A stretch of 64,000 nucleotides of DNA from Bacteroidales bacterium (GCA_036653535.1 JAVVTR010000002.1:71837-135836), one strand, 5' to 3'. Numbered from the stretch's first letter, positions 9,304-19,386 are shown. The notes: generated from the letters alone by a model not told the origin. Made by a program: numbers and translations.

Positions 9304-9948
9304 ATGTTGCTTTTAATATTAGGGCTAATAGTAGCCTATTTGATAGGAAGTTTTTCCTCTTCTGTATGGATAGGGAAATGGTTTTATAAAACAGATGTAA
9401 GACAATATGGTAGTGGCAATGCTGGAACCACCAATACCATTCGGATTTTAGGATGGAAACCGGGAGTGGTAGTTCTTTTGTTAGATGTATTTAAAGGATG
9501 GTTACCAATTCAATTAGATTTTTTATTTCTTAGTCCGATCTATAGTTCGTATGAGGTATATTACGATGTTGCTTTATCGGTAGCTGTACTATTGGGACAT
9601 GTTTTCCCAATATATACGGGTTTTAGAGGAGGAAAGGGAGTGGCAACCTTAGTTGGTATTATTCTTGCTTTATATCCAATGGCCTTTTGTTGTGCTTTCT
9701 GTCTTTTTTTCTTGATATTCATTCTTACACGTTACGTCTCTCTCTCTTCGATTGTGTCCGCTATTTCTTTTCCCTTTATATCCATATTTATTTTTAATGA
9801 GCGTGAACCCATATTGGTACTTTTTTCTATTCTAATAGGGGTGTTTATTCCCATAACACATAGAAAAAACATTCAAAGATTAATTAAAGGAGAAGAATCT
9901 AAATTAGATTTATTTGGGAAAAATAAGAAAGATCAAAATAAGTCGTGA
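9304..9948 (+). CDS. plsY: glycerol-3-phosphate acyltransferase PlsY
   Basis: Motifs GSGNAGTTN and GGKGVAT in a polytopic membrane protein. I place the start at ATG 9304 (MLLLILGLIVAYLIGS), not at the GTG 9268 of the ORF track. Confidence 0.9.
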   Translation: MLLLILGLIVAYLIGSFSSSVWIGKWFYKTDVRQYGSGNAGTTNTIRILGWKPGVVVLLLDVFKGWLPIQLDFLFLSPIYSSYEVYYDVALSVAVLLGHVFPIYTGFRGGKGVATLVGIILALYPMAFCCAFCLFFLIFILTRYVSLSSIVSAISFPFISIFIFNEREPILVLFSILIGVFIPITHRKNIQRLIKGEESKLDLFGKNKKDQNKS

Positions 9949-9986
9949 AAAGATTAGAATGATTTAGATGAATTTTTAGTGGTCCT

Positions 9987-11009
9987 TTAGCATTTCCCGC
10001 TATCTCCTCTGGTGAAAGGAACTACACTTAGATCACAAAAAATACTTTTTTGATATTTAAAGTAAGCGGCCATGGCAACCATAGCAGCGTTATCGGTAGT
10101 AAAAGAAAGGGGAGGAATAAATACCGTCCAGCCGTATTTATTTGCACCATCTTCTATGTTTTTTCTTAACAAGGAATTGGCCGAAACACCACCAGCAATA
10201 GCTATTTGTTTAATATTTGTTTGTTGGGAAGCTTTGATTAATTTTTCCATAAGCGTATCTATCACTGACTTTTGAATACAAGCACATAGATCGTTGGTGT
10301 TTTCTTCTATAAAATGATCGTTTTTTTTCAGTTGATCTCTTACAAAATATAGAAAGGACGTTTTTAAACCGCTAAAGCTATAGTTGAGTTCTGCAACATG
10401 GGGGTGAGCAAAGGTAAAAGCATGATCGTTGCCTTGTTTCGAAAAACGGTCAATAACAGGACCGCCGGGATAAGGAAGTCCCATAATTTTAGCAGCTTTA
10501 TCTATGGTTTCTCCCGCTGCATCATCTATGGTGGTTCCTATCATCTCAAAATCACAAGGGCTCTTTACGCATAAAATTTGCGTATGCCCACCGGAAACCA
10601 GTAAGCATAAAAAGGGAAAAGAGGGAGGGTTGTGGTGCTCGGGGGTCTTAATAAAATGCGATAAAACATGAGCTTCCAAATGATTCACTTCAATTAACGG
10701 TATTTTTAGAGACATGGCCATAGATTTGGCAAAAGAAACACCAACTAATAGAGAACCTAATAAACCCGGTCCTCGCGTAAAAGCAATAGAGTCTAAGTCC
10801 CTTCTTTGAATATTAGCCGTCTTAAGGGCTGCATCTACCACAGGGATAATATTCTGTAAGTGAGCTCTAGATGCTAATTCTGGCACGACTCCTCCGTACA
10901 TCTCGTGAACTTTTTGACTGGCAATAAAATTAGAAAGTAGTAAATTACCATTCACAACGGCTGCGGAGGTGTCGTCACAAGAAGATTCTATGGCTAAAAT
11001 ATAGGGCAT
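9987..11009 (-). CDS. tsaD: tRNA N6-adenosine threonylcarbamoyltransferase TsaD
   Basis: ILAIESSCDDTS, SGGHTQ and TDNAAMVA motifs of the Kae1/TsaD family. I place the start at MPYILAIESS (11009). The longer ORF to 11084 would run through the promoter region. Confidence 0.93.
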   Translation of the reverse strand: MPYILAIESSCDDTSAAVVNGNLLLSNFIASQKVHEMYGGVVPELASRAHLQNIIPVVDAALKTANIQRRDLDSIAFTRGPGLLGSLLVGVSFAKSMAMSLKIPLIEVNHLEAHVLSHFIKTPEHHNPPSFPFLCLLVSGGHTQILCVKSPCDFEMIGTTIDDAAGETIDKAAKIMGLPYPGGPVIDRFSKQGNDHAFTFAHPHVAELNYSFSGLKTSFLYFVRDQLKKNDHFIEENTNDLCACIQKSVIDTLMEKLIKASQQTNIKQIAIAGGVSANSLLRKNIEDGANKYGWTVFIPPLSFTTDNAAMVAMAAYFKYQKSIFCDLSVVPFTRGDSGKC

Positions 11010-11023
11010 TGTATAAAAATCTG

Positions 11024-11031
11024 TATCTTTG
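11024..11031 (+). promoter_or_regulatory. candidate -7 box (TATCTTTG) for tamB
   Basis: TAnnTTTG match 14 nt upstream of ATG 11045. This implies a very short leader, hence the modest confidence. Confidence 0.35.
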
Positions 11032-11041
11032 CAAGGTTGTG

Positions 11042-11049
11042 CAAATGTA
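11042..11049 (-). promoter_or_regulatory. candidate -7 box (TACATTTG on the minus strand) for tsaD
   Basis: TAnnTTTG match 33 nt upstream of the tsaD ATG (11009). It overlaps the tamB start codon. Confidence 0.45.
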
Positions 11050-14000
11050 CATAAAATTGAAAACCGTAGCAAAAAAAATAGCAAAAATACTGAGTAAAAT
11101 ATTACTCGGATTTATTCTTTTTATAGTTTTGCTAACAGGGATCTGTCATACTTCTTATTTTCAGTCGTTTATTGCTAAAGTAGGGAGCGAAAAACTTTCC
11201 GAATTTTTGGGCTATAAAATTAGCATGGAAGGTTTAGAATTTAGTTTGCTTCAAAAAACAGCAAGCATCCACTATCTGCAGGTATTAGATAAAAGGCAAC
11301 AACCGATTTTGACGATAGAATCTGCCTATGTAGAGTTGAAAGATTATAATTTTAAAAATCTAAGTTTTCAGAGAGTAAATTTAGAAAAACCTAATTTAAT
11401 TATTCAGGTTTATAAAGGGGATACCATGTCGGATTTTAAGCGCATATTAAAATCCTTTTCTAAAAAGAAAGATACTACCAAAACACAGGGCGCTTTTCAA
11501 ATAAATAATGTTAAAATTTCTAACGGCTCTTTTTGTTATCAACAACAAAATATTCCTCGGAAACCAGCGTCACAGATTGATTTTAAGCACATAGAAGTCC
11601 ATGCATTAAATGTAGTGGTAAAAAAGTTATATATAAAAAATAAAAAAATTTTTGGACAAATTAAACGATTGGATCTCCGAGAAAAATCAGGTTTTGATAT
11701 CCATCGTTTTTCTGTCGATGCAGCTATTTTCCCAGACACTATGTCCTTTCAAAAAATACGAATACGAACCCCCAATACACGACTTAAACTAAATTTAATA
11801 TTTGCGTATAAAAATTTTAAATCTTTTAAAAATTTTATAGAAAAAATACATATAAACGCAGATATATCCTCCTCTAATGTAGAGCTTTCCGATTTAGCCT
11901 ATTTTGTTCCAGCTATGACGGGGATGAAGACATCCGTGCAAATTGCAGGAAAACTACAAGGACCTTTATCCGATATTAAGGCACAAAATTTATTTGTAGG
12001 AATTAGCAAAAAAACTCATTTTTTAGCGGATGTAAAGCTCAAAGGTCTTCCTAAGATAAAGGATGGCTATTTAGATTTACAAATGGAAACTTTGGAGATA
12101 GCAGCCTCCGATCTGAGAAACTTTAAAATGCCCAATGGTAAATTATTAGAATTGCCATTGGTGTTACAAAAAATAGAGGAATTGCAAATTCAGGGTACTT
12201 TTAAGGGAAGTATGCAAAAGTTTCGTACCGATTTAAATATAGTATCTAATTTGGGAGATGTACAGGTTAATGTGGATGTTAAGGATACCATGCAAAGTCA
12301 AAAATATTTTTGGGGGTTTGTAAAAGCACAGAATTTGCAAGCAGGAGAATTACTTTCTGTAAGCCCATTATTAGGCAAGGTAAATCTCGATTTGCAATTT
12401 TCCGCTTTGGGAAGGAATTTTAAAGAGATGAATTACATTTTGGATGGAGGAATACACCAATTGCAATTTAAAGGGAAAGAACTTTCCGATATTCGAGTGG
12501 ATTGTGAAACTCGCCTTAATTATTTCCATGGTCTAATAGATTGTGAAGATCCTAATTTGTCTTTTAATTTCGATGGATTATTGGATTATGAACAATCGAC
12601 ACCTATTACTAAATATAAATTAAATCTACAACATGCCGATCTTTCTCGTTTGGGGCTTATAAAGGATACTAATTCTTTTGTGGTTAGTACAACGATATAT
12701 TCCGATTACATAGGTAAAACGTTAGATAATTTATTAGGGAATTTTAATATTGAGAACATGGTTTTGAAAAGATATGGTTCCGTTTTTTCTTTGAACCAAA
12801 TGAATATATCTACTAATAAAATAGATGAGGTTAATAAATTTACAGAAATAAAATCTGATTTTTTAAATTTGCAATTAGAGGGGCAATATTCTTTTATCGC
12901 TATGCCTCGTTTATTCCAATCCATATTAGCGGATCATCTTCCGAGGATGAAAGATTCTGTAGGAGGAAAAAACAAACAGAGTTTATCTTCCTTGAATGCG
13001 CAAAATTTCACCTTGAATTTAACGGTAGAGAGGATGAATCAACTTCTAAATATACTTTTTCCTAAACTGAGAGTGGCGGATGAATTAAATTTAGATATGA
13101 AATATAATTCCGATAATAAAGAATATGATATGAATTTTTCTACCGACTATATTTGGTATAATAATATAGCTTATGTGGATGGGAAAATTGAGATACAAGG
13201 GAATGCAAAGACTCTTTTATTGGAAACTACGGCCAAGGACTTATATCTTGGGGATACAATTGCTTTATCTGATTTTTCCGTGGATGCTACTTTTAGTGGA
13301 AAAGATACTGTTTCCTGGGGATTGCGTTGGTTCCGTCAAGATAGTGCATCTATAGGCTCTTCAGGAGACATTCAAGGAATACTTGATTTTTCTTTTAAGG
13401 ATGCTATATCCTTAAAGATCCATTCTGCCAACCTCCTTTTTTCTGGTCAAAAATGGAAAGCCTATCCTGAAGCTTCTGTTTTTATGAAGAAAGGCTTTTT
13501 TCAGATGCACGATTTTGGTATATTTTCCGAAAAAAAATCGGAATCTATTTTGATAGATGGAGAAATTTCCCACGATCCCAATTCTTTGGTTAAGTTACGA
13601 TTTAACTCTTTTGATATGTCGTATTTGGATTTCTTAACGAAAAGTATTGGAATGGAAATAGACGCCTATATCGATGGAAACATATGGGTGTATGATGTTT
13701 TCAATAACTTTAATTTTATATCCGATATAACACTAAATCGCTTACAGATAAATCAAAAGGAATACGGGAAAGCTATATTAACAACCTCTTTTAATAAGGT
13801 GCAGGCTGGAGTTTATGGCAAATTTGAAATTCAAGAAGACGAACTTGGTTTGCAGCCCCCCACTTTATCTATATCCGGTTTTTATTATCCACAAAAAGAA
13901 CAATCTATTCTTTTTAATGGAAAACTAAATCAATTGCCGGTCGATTTTTTGAAAGGTTTCCTTTCGAGTTTTGCTTCTAATTTAAGTGGTAATTTAACCG

Positions 14001-15616
14001 GAGATATTAGTATAGGAGGAAGCCTGAAACATCCTGTCTTTGGCGGAAACGTTCAAGGAGAAAAGTTGTCACTGACAATAGCTCTTCTAAATACAAATTA
14101 TATATTTGATCGCTGTAACATAGATTTGTCTTCTTCTGCTATTACTTTTAAAGACATGGTTTTTCATGATACTCAGTATAAAACGAAGGCTTCTTTCAAA
14201 GGAGATATTTTGCACCAAAATTTTAAAAACATGCGTTTACGTACGCAGGTTGAATTTTCTAATTTTCTAATTTTAAATACTAAGCCCTCAAAAGATATGC
14301 TTTATTCCGGAACGGTCTTTGCCACAGGATTTGTAGGAATAACAGGGCCAACCGATAATTTAACCATATTGCTTAAGGCACGTACAAGTCCTAAATCCAA
14401 TATAGAATTTAACTTAGCGAGTTCCTCTAGCGCTTCTCAAACTAATTTTATTGTTTTTGAAAAGTCTTCCGATACGGTGGTGGAGAATCCAATATTCTTG
14501 TTTAAACGGGCAAAGAAGCAAAAGTCGAGTGGAAAACTTACCTTGGATTTGAACTTGGATATAACGCCCGATTTGGGTGTGGCTTTGGATATAAAAAATT
14601 CTACTATTGCTGGTGATTTAAAATCTAAGGGAAGTGGAGATATGCGTCTGTTAGTATCTTCGGGAAAAACACAACTTTTCGGTACTTATACTATTAGTAG
14701 CGGTAATTTTGATTTTTCCATGATAGATGTTATTAACAAACAATTTAAAATTAAAGAAGGTGGTTTTATATCTTGGGCGGGTCCGTTGTTGGATGCAAGG
14801 GTCAATGTGGAGGCGGTGTATGGAACACGTGCCAGTTTATATCCGGTACTGGCTTCTTCGGGTTTGGTTCAGAATGGTGAAAGTTCACAATTAAAAGGTA
14901 AAGCCAACGTAGAAAGTATTATTCAGCTAAGTGGAAATTTACTTAATCCGGATATTAAATTTGGCATAGATTTGGTCAATGTAGATGAGGATACTAAGGA
15001 TTTGTTTTTTAGTGTAGTGAATAAAGAAAATGAGGAAGAAATGCTTAGACAGACTTTTTCATTATTGATGATGAACAGCTTTATTGCTACTGGAAATGAT
15101 GGAGGTATAGGTCAGGGTTTAGCTAATACTGCATTAACTTCTTCATCGGAAATGTTGTTTAATCAGTTTAATAATTTTCTTTCTCAATTGACTACCGGTT
15201 TTGATATAGGTATTAATTATACTCCTGGCGACAATTTGAATAATTCGGAATTTCAGCTTATGATGTCGGGTCAATTATTTAACGATAGATTGATTATAGA
15301 GGGAAATTTGGGTGTAAGTGATGAAAAGGCAACGGCTAAAAATGCGTCTGCAGTGGTAGGGGATATTAATGTGGAATGGAAGTTCACCGACCAGTTTAGA
15401 TTAAGGGCTTTTAATCACTCTAATGAGCAAGATTTAACTAAGCCTGAATCTTCTTACACCACGGGAGTTGGTGTCGTTTTTCGTCGTGATTTTGATACTA
15501 TGAAAGAATTTCTATATGGAAATAAACCTAAGCGTACTAAGGAGGAAAAGAAGCAAGATAGGCAACAAAGGAGAGAAGATAGACAAGAAAAAAGAGGTTT
15601 AAAAGGCAAGGCTTAA
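11045..15616 (+). CDS. tamB: translocation/assembly module protein TamB-like (DUF490 C-terminus)
   Basis: About 1520 aa with a single N-terminal membrane anchor (ILSKILLGFILFIVLLTGI) and a long beta-rich body. The C-terminal region (GNFDFS...FKIKEGGFISW...VNVEAVY...FRLRAFNHSN) matches my memory of the TamB/DUF490 family. The arrangement divergent from tsaD is typical in Bacteroidota. Confidence 0.8.
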   Translation: MYIKLKTVAKKIAKILSKILLGFILFIVLLTGICHTSYFQSFIAKVGSEKLSEFLGYKISMEGLEFSLLQKTASIHYLQVLDKRQQPILTIESAYVELKDYNFKNLSFQRVNLEKPNLIIQVYKGDTMSDFKRILKSFSKKKDTTKTQGAFQINNVKISNGSFCYQQQNIPRKPASQIDFKHIEVHALNVVVKKLYIKNKKIFGQIKRLDLREKSGFDIHRFSVDAAIFPDTMSFQKIRIRTPNTRLKLNLIFAYKNFKSFKNFIEKIHINADISSSNVELSDLAYFVPAMTGMKTSVQIAGKLQGPLSDIKAQNLFVGISKKTHFLADVKLKGLPKIKDGYLDLQMETLEIAASDLRNFKMPNGKLLELPLVLQKIEELQIQGTFKGSMQKFRTDLNIVSNLGDVQVNVDVKDTMQSQKYFWGFVKAQNLQAGELLSVSPLLGKVNLDLQFSALGRNFKEMNYILDGGIHQLQFKGKELSDIRVDCETRLNYFHGLIDCEDPNLSFNFDGLLDYEQSTPITKYKLNLQHADLSRLGLIKDTNSFVVSTTIYSDYIGKTLDNLLGNFNIENMVLKRYGSVFSLNQMNISTNKIDEVNKFTEIKSDFLNLQLEGQYSFIAMPRLFQSILADHLPRMKDSVGGKNKQSLSSLNAQNFTLNLTVERMNQLLNILFPKLRVADELNLDMKYNSDNKEYDMNFSTDYIWYNNIAYVDGKIEIQGNAKTLLLETTAKDLYLGDTIALSDFSVDATFSGKDTVSWGLRWFRQDSASIGSSGDIQGILDFSFKDAISLKIHSANLLFSGQKWKAYPEASVFMKKGFFQMHDFGIFSEKKSESILIDGEISHDPNSLVKLRFNSFDMSYLDFLTKSIGMEIDAYIDGNIWVYDVFNNFNFISDITLNRLQINQKEYGKAILTTSFNKVQAGVYGKFEIQEDELGLQPPTLSISGFYYPQKEQSILFNGKLNQLPVDFLKGFLSSFASNLSGNLTGDISIGGSLKHPVFGGNVQGEKLSLTIALLNTNYIFDRCNIDLSSSAITFKDMVFHDTQYKTKASFKGDILHQNFKNMRLRTQVEFSNFLILNTKPSKDMLYSGTVFATGFVGITGPTDNLTILLKARTSPKSNIEFNLASSSSASQTNFIVFEKSSDTVVENPIFLFKRAKKQKSSGKLTLDLNLDITPDLGVALDIKNSTIAGDLKSKGSGDMRLLVSSGKTQLFGTYTISSGNFDFSMIDVINKQFKIKEGGFISWAGPLLDARVNVEAVYGTRASLYPVLASSGLVQNGESSQLKGKANVESIIQLSGNLLNPDIKFGIDLVNVDEDTKDLFFSVVNKENEEEMLRQTFSLLMMNSFIATGNDGGIGQGLANTALTSSSEMLFNQFNNFLSQLTTGFDIGINYTPGDNLNNSEFQLMMSGQLFNDRLIIEGNLGVSDEKATAKNASAVVGDINVEWKFTDQFRLRAFNHSNEQDLTKPESSYTTGVGVVFRRDFDTMKEFLYGNKPKRTKEEKKQDRQQRREDRQEKRGLKGKA

Positions 15617-15676
15617 CTTTTTCTTTCCTATCTATTACAGCAGCTCTAAATTAAATTTGCTGCATTATATATATTT

Positions 15677-15754
15677 GATGAAATGCTTTGATGAAATGCT
15701 TTAATGAAATGCTTTAATGAAATGCTTTAATGAAATGCTTTAATGAATAACTTT
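15677..15754. repeat. 13-bp tandem repeat, five near-perfect copies plus one degenerate copy
   Basis: Counted directly. The units are gatgaaatgcttt (x2), aatgaaatgcttt (x3) and aatgaataacttt. The last unit encodes the final lepB codons, and the lepB stop codon (15740-15742) spans the junction of units 5 and 6. Confidence 0.95.
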
Positions 15755-17260
15755 AAACATTTTATTCCAGCGTACTTTTTGTACGCCATGGGCATCCTTA
15801 TTCCAAGAGAACCAAACGTAAAACGCTTTTCCGACTATATGATCTTCTGGAACAAATCCCCAATATCTTGAATCTGCAGAATTGTGTCTATTATCGCCCA
15901 TCATCCAATAATAATTCATTTTACAAATGTAAAAATCGGTTTTTTGTCCGTTAATTAAAAACTGTCCGTTTTCCTTAGTAAGGTTATTATTTTCATAGGT
16001 AGTGATCAATCTATTATAAAAAGGAATAGTATAGTCTGTCAGCCATAAAGTATCCCCTTTTTTAGGAATATAAATAGGGCCGTAATTATCTACATTCCAT
16101 GGATATAGCTTAGGCTCAAATGGAAATAAACGAGAGTCTCCCTTTTGTATTGCTTCTATAAGTGGTTCTACCTTTTCTACCCCTGGTAGAGCTTGTACTT
16201 TTTCAAGCATTGCATGGGTGAGGGGAACTTGCCCGTATTCTGGATTAAATAAATTCTTAAGGTCATCGTTGGAAACGCCTAAATGATTCCATTCCCGATG
16301 CGAAATAATTAGTGGATTGGGAAGAATACGATAATTAAATTGAAGTAATTTCGGATCTATGGCTCGTTTTCCATTAATATAAACCATGCGGTTTCTTATT
16401 AATAGAGTATCGCCACTAATCCCTATACAGCGTTTTACAAAATTTTCCCTTTTATCTACCGGGCGGTAAACTATACGCCCAAAAGTAGCACGATCGTTCC
16501 ATACTCTATCTCTTCCAGCTTCTTTAACTAAGGTATAATAACTGATGTTGCTTTGAAATACCGTGGAAACGGTATCTCCATCAGGAAAATTAAAGACGAC
16601 CACATCATTTCTCTGTATTTTACAAAATCCAGGGAAACGATAATATGGTAAATTTATACCAGTAAAAAAGGATGGAGCTTCTTTAGTAAAAGGCAAGGTA
16701 TGGTGTACGAAAGGAAACGTCAATGGGGTATTGGGTAAGCGGGCACCATAATGTATCTTGCTAACAAAAAGAAAATCACCCACATTTAATGATTTTTCCA
16801 TGGAAGAGGAGGGAATGACATAGCCTTTAAAATAAAAAGCGTGGATAATTAAGGCTGCTGTAAGCGCAAAAAACAGAGTATCTATCCATTCTCTTTTAGA
16901 GGATTTCTTATAGGGAGGTAGTAATCTTGGATTAGTAAAAGGTTCTTTATATTTATAGCTTAAAATTGGAAAGAAGATAAAGGGAACAAGAAGGGCCGCA
17001 AAACATTCCCATAGTCGATAACGTTTAAAACCATAAGAAGTTTCTACACAGAGTAGCCAAAAAATAAATACATTAATAAAAGGAATAAATAAGAAAGGAA
17101 AATATAAATACCATTTTCTTCCCAAAATTTTAATCCAAAGCCATTCGCCGTAAAAGGGAATAAAAATCAAAAGAGGATTTCTATTGGAAGTTTTGAAAAT
17201 ACTCCATAAACTTATTCCCAATAAAATCTTGTAGATTATTAAGCCAATGACCCATCCCAT
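15740..17260 (-). CDS. lepB: signal peptidase I with an N-terminal DUF5684-like membrane module
   Basis: S26 motifs are present: IPSSSMEKSL (catalytic Ser), VKRCIGISGDTL (catalytic Lys), and GDNRHNSADSRYWGFVPEDHIVGKA. The first ~120 aa (SIFKTSNRNPLLIFIPFYGEWLWIKILGRKWY) resemble small DUF5684 membrane proteins. Confidence 0.88.
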   Translation of the reverse strand: MGWVIGLIIYKILLGISLWSIFKTSNRNPLLIFIPFYGEWLWIKILGRKWYLYFPFLFIPFINVFIFWLLCVETSYGFKRYRLWECFAALLVPFIFFPILSYKYKEPFTNPRLLPPYKKSSKREWIDTLFFALTAALIIHAFYFKGYVIPSSSMEKSLNVGDFLFVSKIHYGARLPNTPLTFPFVHHTLPFTKEAPSFFTGINLPYYRFPGFCKIQRNDVVVFNFPDGDTVSTVFQSNISYYTLVKEAGRDRVWNDRATFGRIVYRPVDKRENFVKRCIGISGDTLLIRNRMVYINGKRAIDPKLLQFNYRILPNPLIISHREWNHLGVSNDDLKNLFNPEYGQVPLTHAMLEKVQALPGVEKVEPLIEAIQKGDSRLFPFEPKLYPWNVDNYGPIYIPKKGDTLWLTDYTIPFYNRLITTYENNNLTKENGQFLINGQKTDFYICKMNYYWMMGDNRHNSADSRYWGFVPEDHIVGKAFYVWFSWNKDAHGVQKVRWNKMFKVIH

Positions 17261-17264
17261 AGTT

Positions 17265-17942
17265 TTATTTTTTTGATTTTTCCAATACTTCGTCTATCAT
17301 TCCATAATCCAAAGCTTCTTGAGAGGTCATCCAATAATCTCTATCTGCATCCTTATAGATTTTATCATACTCTTGCCCACTATGCAAAGCAATAACTTCG
17401 TATAATTCCTTTTTTACTCTTAGAATTTCTCTTGCCGTAATTTCTATATCGGAAGCTTGTCCTTCTGCCCCACCCAGTGGTTGATGAATAAGAATACGAG
17501 AGTGTTTTAAGGCCGTTCTTTTTCCTTTGGTTCCAGCACAAAGTAAAATAGATCCCATAGAAGCTGCCATGCCAGTACATATAGTAGCTACATCTGCAGA
17601 AACATATTGCATGGTATCGTAAATTCCTAATCCTGCGTAGACGGATCCCCCGGGAGTATTTAAATAAATTTGAATATCTTTTTTAGAATCTACGGATTCC
17701 AAAAACAATAGCTGGGCTTGAATAATGTTTGCTACTTCGTCATCAATAGGGACTCCTAAGAAAATAATTCTATCCATCATTAATCGTGAAAAAACGTCCA
17801 TTTGGGCAACATTTAATTGGCGTTCTTCTATAATGGTGGGAGAAATATAACCTCTGCTGTAAGAAGCAAAATGGTCTAAAGTGAGGCTACTGATACCACG
17901 ATGTTTAATCGCATATTTTTTAAATTCGTTTTCCATTTTCAA
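17265..17942 (-). CDS. clpP: ATP-dependent Clp protease proteolytic subunit
   Basis: TICTGMAASMGS (Ser), RILIHQPLGG (His) and RDYWMTSQEALDYGMIDEV motifs. Confidence 0.95.
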   Translation of the reverse strand: MKMENEFKKYAIKHRGISSLTLDHFASYSRGYISPTIIEERQLNVAQMDVFSRLMMDRIIFLGVPIDDEVANIIQAQLLFLESVDSKKDIQIYLNTPGGSVYAGLGIYDTMQYVSADVATICTGMAASMGSILLCAGTKGKRTALKHSRILIHQPLGGAEGQASDIEITAREILRVKKELYEVIALHSGQEYDKIYKDADRDYWMTSQEALDYGMIDEVLEKSKK

Positions 17943-17981
17943 TATATGTGCTAATAAATTCTCAAAAGGTTTTGAGTGTAA

Positions 17982-19358
17982 TTATTTTTTCTCACTATCT
18001 GCTTTAAGCAAAGCAATAAAATCATCCATGGTGATTTCTTTAATGTTAAGGTTCACTTTGCTCTTTAATACTTCCGAAATTTTTTGTTCAAAAAGCATAT
18101 CGTAGATTTTTTTTACTTCCTCTTGATTTTGCATCATAGAATCTACTACCATATCCATTCTTTTGTTGGTTTCTTCGTCTTCGGCATTATTAGAAAAATA
18201 TTGAGAAAGAATATTTTCTTTATAGAATGCTTTTACATCTTCCGCCTTAGCTTCTATATTATATTCCTTTATTAATTTATCCTCTATTAGTTGCCATTTC
18301 AAAGATTTTACGTATTGAGGGTACTCTTGTTCTACTATTTCGGGGGTTAAGGTTTTTTTCTCATCCCCATAAACAATCCAACGTTTTAAAAACTCGTCTG
18401 GTAATTGAATATTCGTTTGTACTAAAATTTCTTCAATAATATCTGTAACGGTTTTCTTTTCTGTATCTTTCGCATAATATTTTGCAGACTCTTTACGTAT
18501 TTCTTCGCGAAATTCTTCTACGTCTTTGATATTTGCTTTTGGATATACTTTTTTAAATAATTCTTCATTTAGTTCAGCCGGATCTACATGGGTAATAGAA
18601 TCTATGCGAAAACGAAATTCGGCGGTGATATGCTTGGCTTCCTCTTCCGAAATATGAAACATGGTGGCAATATCGGCCGAACTTTTAAAGGCTTTTGTTA
18701 AGGCGAAATCTATGGTATCTCCAATGGGTTTGCTAATAAATTTCTTTTGTATAGTCTTTAAGGAAATCAGATCAACAGAAATAGATGTTTTGGTTTGTAA
18801 ACCGCCATCTTTAATTTCTCCATTTTCGTTAAGTTCAAATATTTCTCCACCAAGAACATCTGTTTCTCCTACCTTGTCCGGACTACTCACATTACCAAAA
18901 CGGCGACAAATACTTTCTGCATATTTGTCTATCATCTCGTCCGTTATTTGAATGTGATAATCTATTGCTTTTATTTTTTCTAATTCAATTTTAAATTCTG
19001 GTGCTAATCCTATTTCGAACCAAAATACAAAATCATTAGGCGTATCAAAATTGATTTTACTTTCTCTTTCTTTAGAAGGTGCAGGAATAGGTTGGCCTAA
19101 AACGGCAAGTTTTTGTTCTTCTATGTATTTAGAAAGATTTTCAGAAACCAATTTATTTATTTCTTCTATTAAAATCGTTTTCCCATACATTTTTTGAATT
19201 AGAGAAGGAGGTACCTGCCCTTGGCGAAATCCCTTAATTTGTGCCTTGTGTTGGTAATTTTTTAGTTCTTTTTTTACTTTGTCTCCATAATCGGCCGGAA
19301 CTAATTCTAATTTTAGATATGCTCCGAGTTCCCCCACGTTTTCTCTACTAATATTCAT
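17982..19358 (-). CDS. tig: trigger factor
   Basis: The N-terminal ribosome-binding signature GFRQGQVP is present, the length is typical, and the gene sits upstream of clpP. I place the start at MNISRENVG (19358). A TACCTTTG box at 19387-19394 lies inside the longer ORF. Confidence 0.92.
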   Translation of the reverse strand: MNISRENVGELGAYLKLELVPADYGDKVKKELKNYQHKAQIKGFRQGQVPPSLIQKMYGKTILIEEINKLVSENLSKYIEEQKLAVLGQPIPAPSKERESKINFDTPNDFVFWFEIGLAPEFKIELEKIKAIDYHIQITDEMIDKYAESICRRFGNVSSPDKVGETDVLGGEIFELNENGEIKDGGLQTKTSISVDLISLKTIQKKFISKPIGDTIDFALTKAFKSSADIATMFHISEEEAKHITAEFRFRIDSITHVDPAELNEELFKKVYPKANIKDVEEFREEIRKESAKYYAKDTEKKTVTDIIEEILVQTNIQLPDEFLKRWIVYGDEKKTLTPEIVEQEYPQYVKSLKWQLIEDKLIKEYNIEAKAEDVKAFYKENILSQYFSNNAEDEETNKRMDMVVDSMMQNQEEVKKIYDMLFEQKISEVLKSKVNLNIKEITMDDFIALLKADSEKK

Positions 19359-19386
19359 ATAAATAATGGTTTTAAAAATTAGGGAG

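Noticed and set aside
11009-11084. Longer starts for tsaD (to 11084) and tamB (TTG at 11009).
   Set aside because: They would make the two divergent genes overlap by 76 nt and run through both promoter-like boxes. Conserved protein sequence begins at MPYILAIESS for tsaD and at the membrane anchor after MYIKLK for tamB.
15677-15741. ATG-containing 13-bp units as a possible tiny repetitive ORF.
   Set aside because: Each unit also carries in-frame stops on both strands (taa/tga), so no frame stays open beyond a few codons.
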